A stretch of DNA of 64,000 nt from a virus (lineage: Duplodnaviria; Caudoviricetes): IMG/VR virus record IMGVR_UViG_3300021167_000382, positions 64,001-128,000 of that record. One strand, given 5' to 3'. Positions within the stretch are counted from its first letter, which is position 1. Each line of letters opens with the position of its first letter. Below, piece after piece: positions 57,129 through 64,000 of this stretch. The position numbers were made by a program, and so were the translations under genes. The notes under the pieces are model-generated. The model was not told where the DNA came from. It searched no databases and saw only the letters and a list, made by a program, of their open reading frames with translations.

Positions 57129-58619
57129 TTACATCGAAGATTGCATTTCACTCAGACCGCTATTCGCAGCTTCAACAGCCGTCGCCGAAGATTCACTAGC
57201 GACAGTTGCTTCATCTTGCGAAGTTACCGAACCGGGTTCAGCCAATGACTCTTCAGCATCAGTGGTTTCCCCAGCAGCCATGATAGCCGCCACCGGTACA
57301 GCAGCCAATTCGGTAACCGCTTCTTCGGAAGGAACCTTACGCCCATCCTGTTCAGCCAACTCAAAGCGCTCAGGTTTCTGAGAAACCAAGGACACTGGTG
57401 CGTCGACGGAAGTGATAACCGGGTACAGAATATCCTGGGTAATCGGGTCCTGAATGAACAGACCGAGTTCCCAGCATTCCATGATCACCGGCATCACTTG
57501 CGACGGAATCGGCATCTTGATAAACGTCACTGCTCGGCCATTCTTAACATCGAAGGCCACGCTACCTTCCAGATAGCTGTAGTCCACCCAAGCATTTCCC
57601 GTTGACAGATGCACCAGAACATAGGACATCTCGCGAGCCGGGTTATACCAACGAGTACCTTCCGGATAATCGAGCTCCGGTGTGTCTTCAGATACGATCG
57701 TGTCACTCGAAACGTTGCCAACTTCTTCAATCACTGGTTTCGTTTCTTCAACTTCAACAGCGCCAGTTTCGGGAACTGTCTGGAGAGCTTCGGTTTCAGC
57801 GATAAGAGTTGCTTGTTCCTGGGCAACGGGTACTGTAGCTTCTTGAGCCGCCTTTTCCTTCTTCAACTTGACTTCAGCAGCCTGAGCAGCGCGCGCTACT
57901 TGACGTTCACACCAAGCATCGTAAGCCACCCAACGCTTCTCTTCGAAACGAGCGATGATTTCAGGTGCAGTGCCCTGATAGCTATCACCCGTCAGCTGAT
58001 TCATGATGCCTTCGTAGATATCGGCATCCTTGCTAACGCCGTTGTCCAGGAATCGAGCCAGGGAAGGAGAACGACGTTCCTTCAGTGCGTTACGGATTTC
58101 AGTGTAACCTGCACACAGGAACGCCGAAGGTTCGAAGCGCTGACGCAGCATGGTTTCATTGTTGATGGAATAGCTGTCGAACGGAAGCGTGCTTTCCAGC
58201 AGAAGCTTCATCAGCGATTCATTCTGAAGAACGCGAACGTAGATGGAATGCACCATCACTGCACGATAATTCGGTGTCGTCTTACGCAGACCGCCGCTAC
58301 GGAAGATGAGATCACGGATCTTCGTGAAGTTTTCCATCATGCGAATAGAGTCAGCATGCGATTCGGAACGAATGAAGAGGGAGAGGTTTTCAATCGAACG
58401 GAACTGCCCCAGGATGGGGTGATGGAAGAGGTGGCTATTGCGACCATTCAGCCATTTGCCGATCTGAGTCGCTGCATTCATTGCTACGTTGATGTGGTCG
58501 ATACCGTCACCCTGCCACTGAGAGGGGTGAGACGGAAGACCTTGGACCTTGGTCAACAAGACGCCGTGCGTCTGAAGTTGATCACGAAGAGAACCTTGAG
58601 ATTTGGAATTCTTGGACAT
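57129..58619 (-). CDS. Conserved jumbo-phage protein (DGIDHIN motif) with acidic low-complexity C-terminal half
   Basis: 496 aa, RBS AAGGA. Confidence 0.65.
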   Translation of the reverse strand: MSKNSKSQGSLRDQLQTHGVLLTKVQGLPSHPSQWQGDGIDHINVAMNAATQIGKWLNGRNSHLFHHPILGQFRSIENLSLFIRSESHADSIRMMENFTKIRDLIFRSGGLRKTTPNYRAVMVHSIYVRVLQNESLMKLLLESTLPFDSYSINNETMLRQRFEPSAFLCAGYTEIRNALKERRSPSLARFLDNGVSKDADIYEGIMNQLTGDSYQGTAPEIIARFEEKRWVAYDAWCERQVARAAQAAEVKLKKEKAAQEATVPVAQEQATLIAETEALQTVPETGAVEVEETKPVIEEVGNVSSDTIVSEDTPELDYPEGTRWYNPAREMSYVLVHLSTGNAWVDYSYLEGSVAFDVKNGRAVTFIKMPIPSQVMPVIMECWELGLFIQDPITQDILYPVITSVDAPVSLVSQKPERFELAEQDGRKVPSEEAVTELAAVPVAAIMAAGETTDAEESLAEPGSVTSQDEATVASESSATAVEAANSGLSEMQSSM

Positions 58620-58640
58620 TGCATATTTCCTTGTTAGCGG

Positions 58641-59243
58641 TTAGGTGCTCGATTTTTGAGCACTGTTGATTTCCATGCGAACTTCGTCAAATACCCCTGT
58701 AACAAAAACCAGGTAAAACGGTATCATGAATGCATGGCTATACAGAAAACTAGACACCTCAGTTGAAGTATCATGAAGGCCGGCCAGTGGCTTGTTATAA
58801 TCACGGGCCTCTTGTTTAAGAAGAACGTTACGGGCGAAGGAATCCATGTCACTGCGAATGATTCTCTCCGTCATTTTAATAACGTCTGCCTGAGGAAAAA
58901 CATTACTAGCCGTACTCGTTCCGTTCAGAATGTCAGCAGACAGAGCTTCACTATAGACTTCAAAGTTCAGCATCCCCCAAAAACGTCGGCTCAGGTCAAT
59001 CAGGAAATCAGTCGGGACATAAACCCCAGACCCTTCATTCACGATCATGTCGTCAATGAAATCATCCGTCCAATAACGACTAATCATTTTTTGGATGATG
59101 TCGAAATTGTAAGTAAACGGACTACCTGTTTGATTGTAGATATCCAACTTGGTCTGCAGCGCGTCACTATACATACATGCCGCTGCGAATGACTCTTTCA
59201 GACACCGCCGAAAGATATTTCCTTCATTCATCACCATCTCCAT
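58641..59243 (-). CDS. Hypothetical protein
   Basis: 200 aa. Confidence 0.6.
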   Translation of the reverse strand: MEMVMNEGNIFRRCLKESFAAACMYSDALQTKLDIYNQTGSPFTYNFDIIQKMISRYWTDDFIDDMIVNEGSGVYVPTDFLIDLSRRFWGMLNFEVYSEALSADILNGTSTASNVFPQADVIKMTERIIRSDMDSFARNVLLKQEARDYNKPLAGLHDTSTEVSSFLYSHAFMIPFYLVFVTGVFDEVRMEINSAQKSST

Positions 59244-59916
59244 CGTCTAGGCCGTCAACTGCAACCACGATTTCATGATAGGTTGCTTTCTTGACGGCGT
59301 GGTATAACTTCACACGAATAGTAAACCGCTGAACATTAATGAAGGCACAGCCTTTCATAAACGTTTTCCAGGTCATGCTATCCTTCAGCAACTCTTTCGA
59401 GATACTGGCACGTATGGTGGCTTTCTGTCGCTTATGGATAACCGATCGAGAACGTTCGATGTAAGCCTCCATTAGAGCGCTGTATTTATCACCTCGGATA
59501 TCGAGTTCATGAAAGATCTTCGCCATGAGACCACCAAGAAGTTTCCCGGGTTCATCTTTCTGACCAATCGCAAACGAAATATCGTGAACAGTGACTCCCT
59601 CAATGCGCTCCATCGCAAGTGTTAGGTCAACCTGTTTAATGTTAAGAAACTCAAGTCCCTTCAAGAATGTCTTCCAGGTGATGCTTTTCTTCAGAAGTTC
59701 TTTAGAGAGACCGATACGAGCAGACTCTTGTTTAGCTGCGTCCGGTAGAAACCGTGCACGCTGGATGTAGCGAACCATCAGTGAATCGTAATGGTCTTGT
59801 TCAGTCAAACCAAGATCGTACATAATCGTACGAATCAGTCGTGCCAGCACCGCACCAGCGCCACCTGTTCGGATGACTGTGGTGAAGGGTTGGACTTTGT
59901 GTTTGCGAGCAAACAT
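59224..59916 (-). CDS. Protein with an internal tandem domain duplication
   Basis: SKELLKKSITWKTFLKG and SKELLKDSMTWKTFMKG. Confidence 0.7.
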   Translation of the reverse strand: MFARKHKVQPFTTVIRTGGAGAVLARLIRTIMYDLGLTEQDHYDSLMVRYIQRARFLPDAAKQESARIGLSKELLKKSITWKTFLKGLEFLNIKQVDLTLAMERIEGVTVHDISFAIGQKDEPGKLLGGLMAKIFHELDIRGDKYSALMEAYIERSRSVIHKRQKATIRASISKELLKDSMTWKTFMKGCAFINVQRFTIRVKLYHAVKKATYHEIVVAVDGLDDGDGDE

Positions 59917-59953
59917 CGTTAATTTACCTCATAAGTAGAGGACTCTTGTTTTG

Positions 59954-60484
59954 TTATTGATCTCCGAGCCGTGGTGTTACCAACTGGGTTGAAAGAGAAT
60001 CGATATTCACAATCACCGTTGTACTGCGTGAGAGTGCGTAAGAAAGCCATCCCGGTGGGTTAGCGTTCGCAAGTGATCGCTTATGAATGTCCAATACAGA
60101 AAGCATTCGGTTGATCAACCTGCTTCGTTTTTCAAGTATACTACCAAACCGACCATCGGGAGATCTGTAAAAGTTACAGACCTTCACCAGTCGAAGTGAG
60201 AGTTCATCTTTAGGAAAATCCATCTTCCCCAATAACGAATCTTCAACTATGGCTAGTAACTCGATGTAGTTATCTACGGTGTCACAAAGTACCTCCAATC
60301 GCTGTATGTCAAATGCACGATGATTGTTAACAGCCAAGGCATGATGAAGACGTTCTATGATGTGCTCATAGGGGTCATAGAGTTGATTTGAAACCTCATC
60401 AACTTCTACATCGTCCTCTATTTTTTGTTCTGGATAAAGCTTGGCTAACGTATTCTGATATAACTTCTTAAACCAGGTTAACAC
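59954..60484 (-). CDS. Hypothetical protein
   Basis: 176 aa; GTG start with AGGAG RBS. Confidence 0.62.
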   Translation of the reverse strand: MLTWFKKLYQNTLAKLYPEQKIEDDVEVDEVSNQLYDPYEHIIERLHHALAVNNHRAFDIQRLEVLCDTVDNYIELLAIVEDSLLGKMDFPKDELSLRLVKVCNFYRSPDGRFGSILEKRSRLINRMLSVLDIHKRSLANANPPGWLSYALSRSTTVIVNIDSLSTQLVTPRLGDQ

Positions 60485-60514
60485 AGTAAAAACTCCTAGT
60501 CAGTCCGGGTCATT

Positions 60515-60532
60515 TAAGATATACATGAGCAA
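60515..60532 (-). promoter_or_regulatory. Putative early promoter, copy 8
   Basis: Core ATATACATG at 60519-60527. Confidence 0.7.
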
Positions 60533-60608
60533 ACCCCTTATCAGCACAGGACATAAATAATGTATGTGGTGGTAAAATAACAGAATTCTCCTGCTGGAGG
60601 AGCACACT

Positions 60609-61064
60609 ATGATTGATATCGAAATTTCTGAAGAAGCGGTTGGAAACAACCCTGCAGCACGTAGTGCATTGTTTGATGATGACGATGCCGATGAGCTTCA
60701 ACGTATTCAAAATCTGCGAGTACAGTTGTCTAAAAAGCTAACGATGGATGAAGTCGGTGGTTTGAAGATTCCTGAGAAGACCGCTGATAAAGTCCTACTT
60801 GCCCAACTTCTGGATGGTAGTGAGCGTTTGATCATGACCAAGGCTCGTTTGAAGGTGGCTTCTAAAACCACTGATGAGTTGGGTAATCTGGCAGATGCTG
60901 TGGCTAAAGCACTGAAGGGCTTCAAACCCTCAACGCATACCGCACTTCCAATGGAACGTGAGATCCCAGGTGAATTCCTACGGATTGATACAGTTCCAGG
61001 TGAAATGGACATTGGAAATATTCCGATGACAATCGATCAATTGCAGAAAACTGAAGTTATCTAA
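60609..61064 (+). CDS. Conserved hypothetical protein
   Basis: 151 aa; GGAGGAG RBS. Confidence 0.65.
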   Translation: MIDIEISEEAVGNNPAARSALFDDDDADELQRIQNLRVQLSKKLTMDEVGGLKIPEKTADKVLLAQLLDGSERLIMTKARLKVASKTTDELGNLADAVAKALKGFKPSTHTALPMEREIPGEFLRIDTVPGEMDIGNIPMTIDQLQKTEVI

Positions 61065-61068
61065 GAGA

Positions 61069-61102
61069 CATGAGAAGAGAGGCGTACGCCTCTCTTCTCA
61101 TG
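61069..61102. terminator. 34-bp perfect palindrome / bidirectional terminator
   Basis: CATGAGAAGAGAGGCGTACGCCTCTCTTCTCATG between convergent genes. Confidence 0.78.
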
Positions 61103-61823
61103 CATCAACGTTTATTTCCTGCTTAGCCTTAACCATACGTTCAATATTGACACAGAATGTCGTCACCGGGTAGAGCGTCAACTTGATAAACATTGAGCTA
61201 TACTGTTCGATGATGGGGTATATGTCAACTGTCTTAACCTGTTCCCAGGCAGTCTTTGAACGAACAATCGCAGGACCAATGAGTGTTATCTCAGGGCAGA
61301 ACGTTGATTCGAAGTTTCTATTGGCAGCATGAATCTCAAGCCAATTCCAATACTCGTACATCACCAGCATCGCATATGTTTTCTTAACGTAGCTAGGGGT
61401 GATCTGTTCTAAAGGTGTATCGATGATCTCAATATCGATCAACCCTTTGGTAACTAACTTTACTCCTTCCACGACTGCTAAGATAGCTTCTTCTGGAAGA
61501 ACATACGGGTAGATGTTCAGATGTAATCTGGGTTGCTTGACAAACGGCGTACTGGCTCGAGCTTTCAGCGTCTGTTCAGCGAAATAAAGAATGATCCGTG
61601 GAACATCAGTTACTGATGAATGATGAATCGTGGATGCGTCCCTTTGCTGATAAGCTTTATGATAGGTCTCAACATCATAGCCATCGAACTCATCGTAGTC
61701 TCGGCTAAAGTAACCATTCTTCAATAAGCCAGCGACACGCTGGCTATCGAGTTTGTACAGTGTAGATAGTCGTGTGTCGAATAACGAATCGAGATCGACG
61801 TAGATAGTGGAGAAGTCTTCCAT
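61098..61823 (-). CDS. Conserved core protein (HAD-like YVDLDSLFDT start)
   Basis: 241 aa; DxD motif at the N-terminus. Confidence 0.62.
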   Translation of the reverse strand: MEDFSTIYVDLDSLFDTRLSTLYKLDSQRVAGLLKNGYFSRDYDEFDGYDVETYHKAYQQRDASTIHHSSVTDVPRIILYFAEQTLKARASTPFVKQPRLHLNIYPYVLPEEAILAVVEGVKLVTKGLIDIEIIDTPLEQITPSYVKKTYAMLVMYEYWNWLEIHAANRNFESTFCPEITLIGPAIVRSKTAWEQVKTVDIYPIIEQYSSMFIKLTLYPVTTFCVNIERMVKAKQEINVDA

Positions 61824-62492
61824 TTAAAGTGTGTTTGATAGATGCGCGCACGTCAAGTACGTTTTCAACGTAGACGTAGAAACGACACCGTTGGCAAAAT
61901 GTTCCAGTTGATCCTGGCGTGCTTCACCAAAACGATTGAGCGATGCATTCAATGCCGCCCATCCACGCAGATCACCGCCACGATACTTCATGAGTTCGAC
62001 TGAAGACTTATTCAAACCCATGGCCACACAGAGTCGAAGTTCAGGTGCAGAGAACCCTGCACCTTTCGAATCTCCAGTCGGCTGACCGGTGATGGAGTTG
62101 ATTACCCGCTGGTGTTTCGGAATAGACATCTTCTTAGCGATCCGCTGAGACGCTACTCGAACAGGTACTTTGATGACCAGGTATTTTTCAGGAGTAAGAT
62201 AACGAGGAACTTCCCCGTCCGCTGGAAACCAGATCTGACTCCAGAAGTCATGTCCCCATTTATCAGCGAGCTTAACATTACGTTCAATGTCAAGCTTATT
62301 CTTACCGGCATTAGGAACAGTAAGTGTCAACCACTCACTACCCTCTTTCAGCCGGAGCATGAAGGCTTCAAATGCCTTATCATTCATAGAAGCAAAATAC
62401 TTCTGATAGAGTTCGACATCCACACAACCTGGCGAGATCGCTTCAAGATCTGCCAGGATCTGTGCTTCAGCTTTCTTGCGATCGCCAGGCAT
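61824..62492 (-). CDS. Virion RNA polymerase beta-like subunit, C-terminal part (phiKZ gp149-like)
   Basis: SITGQPTGDSKGAGFSAPELRL parallels the beta C-terminal TQQPLGG..FGEME motif. Confidence 0.8.
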   Translation of the reverse strand: MPGDRKKAEAQILADLEAISPGCVDVELYQKYFASMNDKAFEAFMLRLKEGSEWLTLTVPNAGKNKLDIERNVKLADKWGHDFWSQIWFPADGEVPRYLTPEKYLVIKVPVRVASQRIAKKMSIPKHQRVINSITGQPTGDSKGAGFSAPELRLCVAMGLNKSSVELMKYRGGDLRGWAALNASLNRFGEARQDQLEHFANGVVSTSTLKTYLTCAHLSNTL

Positions 62493-62494
62493 AG

Positions 62495-62974
62495 TTATTT
62501 CCGTTCGCGAATACCGAATTCAGCTAGGTTCGGAAGGATGCCGTCATTGAACACCTTCAACCAGACATCCGGTTGGACTTCATAGATGGCCTGATAGCGG
62601 AAGAGACGTGTATCGATGCCGTCTTGCGCTTGAATCAGCGTGAACTGCTCATCCACCCAACGCGTCAGATTCCACTGTTGTGCATGAGTGTGACGACCTT
62701 CGGCTTCCTGAACAAAGTTGCTACTATCGAAGCAAGCAGCTAGCTTTTCTTCATTGATGCCTTTTTCGAAAAGACGATCTCGAACCACCTTAACCAGATT
62801 CATTTCATCTGGATCAGCCTTCTCATCATAAAAGATCTGACCGGCTTTCATCAGACCAAGGCCCGAGAGGACAGCTTGTTCTTCAAGAGAAGCCGCGCCT
62901 TCGACATCGATTTCTTCAAGCAGTACTTCGATGGTTTTCCCAGCCACTAGGGATTGTGATTCATTGTTGCTCAT
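62495..62974 (-). CDS. Hypothetical protein
   Basis: ~159 aa. Confidence 0.6.
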   Translation of the reverse strand: MSNNESQSLVAGKTIEVLLEEIDVEGAASLEEQAVLSGLGLMKAGQIFYDEKADPDEMNLVKVVRDRLFEKGINEEKLAACFDSSNFVQEAEGRHTHAQQWNLTRWVDEQFTLIQAQDGIDTRLFRYQAIYEVQPDVWLKVFNDGILPNLAEFGIRERK

Positions 62975-64000
62975 GAAGTTCTCCAATTTTCTTCTTTGCG
63001 TATTCAGGCTTTACAGTCTTGCAATCTTGCTCGAGCCAGTAGGGATGATATTCACCTCTGGCCACGCGACAAAGATCAAGCGTACTCAGAGGATATCCAG
63101 GGTACTCTTCATCATCCAGCGTATGCCATGATCTGGTCTTATTCAAGAGAAAGTCCCAATCATACCCTTTCTCCTTTAGATTCGTATACAATTCTTCCGG
63201 ACGCATCAGTGTTTCTTTCAACGTCGGATGGAAGATTTCCAATTGAAGAAGCTGGCTGGTGATTTCCACTGCACGCTGCAATGCGAAGCTTTCACGCATC
63301 TTTTTCCGAACAGTTGTCCGTGACAAAGTAACATCCGGCATCAGGGAGAGCGAGTAGTTACGATCATTTCCTTCCAAACCATACCGAGCATTTTCTTTGA
63401 TGTAGACAAACTCGGACAAGTAAGGTAGGACACCTTCACGCTGACTGACGTAGATTTCCAATGAGAAATTGGAAGTCCCGTTCTTACCACGGAGTTGTTT
63501 CATACGAACCTTATTAAGGTCCATATCACCAGCAACTTCATCACCTGGTTCATACGGATATTCAGGTGCCTTGGTGCCTTGATTGATTGCAGGAGACGCT
63601 AGGTCAATCAACCAGCAATTGTGAAGCAAGTAGAAGAAGTTATTTGTCACACCCTTGATCACTTCATCCTGGCGCATGCCTTGCAACTGCTTACGTGGTG
63701 GTTGTTGACCAGGCGCCGATGCCATATTCACCGTCTTACCGATATGACCAGTGAACAAGAAGAAGTTGAAGCCTTGTGCGGCCACTGTCGGCATTTCCAT
63801 CAACATCCGCATCTTGGCTAAACCTTGACGCATGAAGATGGTGTTGCCGCCAGAATCACCCAGTTCATTCTTATCCATCATGTCATTAACGTCAGACGTC
63901 ATGAACTGTGACAGAGAATCGATATCGCTAAACCACGGTGCTGGGACTTCCATCGGTGTGATGCGATCTCGAGATAAGAAAGCGGTCTTGAACATCCGCT
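62961..64000 (-). CDS. uvsX: UvsX/RecA-like recombinase (phiKZ gp152-like), 5' end outside the window
   Basis: Walker-B-like DIDSLSQF, TGHIG, KQLRGKNGTS and VSQREGV; frame is open to the window edge. Confidence 0.72.
   Translation of the reverse strand, partial: RMFKTAFLSRDRITPMEVPAPWFSDIDSLSQFMTSDVNDMMDKNELGDSGGNTIFMRQGLAKMRMLMEMPTVAAQGFNFFLFTGHIGKTVNMASAPGQQPPRKQLQGMRQDEVIKGVTNNFFYLLHNCWLIDLASPAINQGTKAPEYPYEPGDEVAGDMDLNKVRMKQLRGKNGTSNFSLEIYVSQREGVLPYLSEFVYIKENARYGLEGNDRNYSLSLMPDVTLSRTTVRKKMRESFALQRAVEITSQLLQLEIFHPTLKETLMRPEELYTNLKEKGYDWDFLLNKTRSWHTLDDEEYPGYPLSTLDLCRVARGEYHPYWLEQDCKTVKPEYAKKKIGELHEQQ

Noticed and set aside
57129-58619. NADAR-like assignment for the N-terminal domain
   Set aside because: Only faint resemblance; the key SNF and VEH residues are not conserved
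1844-60532. Repeated motif read as a CRISPR repeat or mobile-element end
   Set aside because: Copies are dispersed, single and always upstream of genes; no repeat-spacer array or cas genes seen
1-64000. Stop-codon reassignment
   Set aside because: Core genes are full length in the standard code, and TAA, TAG and TGA all end genes

Overview
This window is a segment of a nucleus-forming jumbo phage genome (phiKZ-like, Chimalliviridae), with no bacterial chromosome features. Recognisable genes: chimallin (1-1731, minus strand, runs off the left edge and is absent from the ORF track), the palm/fingers half of the split family-B DNA polymerase, tubulin PhuZ, large terminase, tail sheath and tube, prohead protease, three virion RNA polymerase subunits, a 2.3k-aa tail cell-wall hydrolase (gp181-like) and a UvsX/RecA cut by the right edge. 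Accessory cassettes lie between the core blocks, most downstream of a repeated early-promoter motif (minus-strand CATGTATAT, 8 copies). Top candidate novelties: (1) a TnpB-derived protein that keeps WED/REC and a bridge-like helix but lacks RuvC, in a probable early operon with phuZ and head-to-head with a ~400-nt structured non-coding element; (2) a second ~210-nt multibranch ncRNA candidate after terL; (3) a Ser/Lys intramolecular-chaperone autoprotease (S74-like) domain buried inside the gp181-like protein. Also noted: an orphan HicB-like protein, an ankyrin protein, an HU-arm protein and a family of active and dead zincins. All family assignments and phiKZ gp numbers come from motif recognition and recalled synteny; no searches were run.
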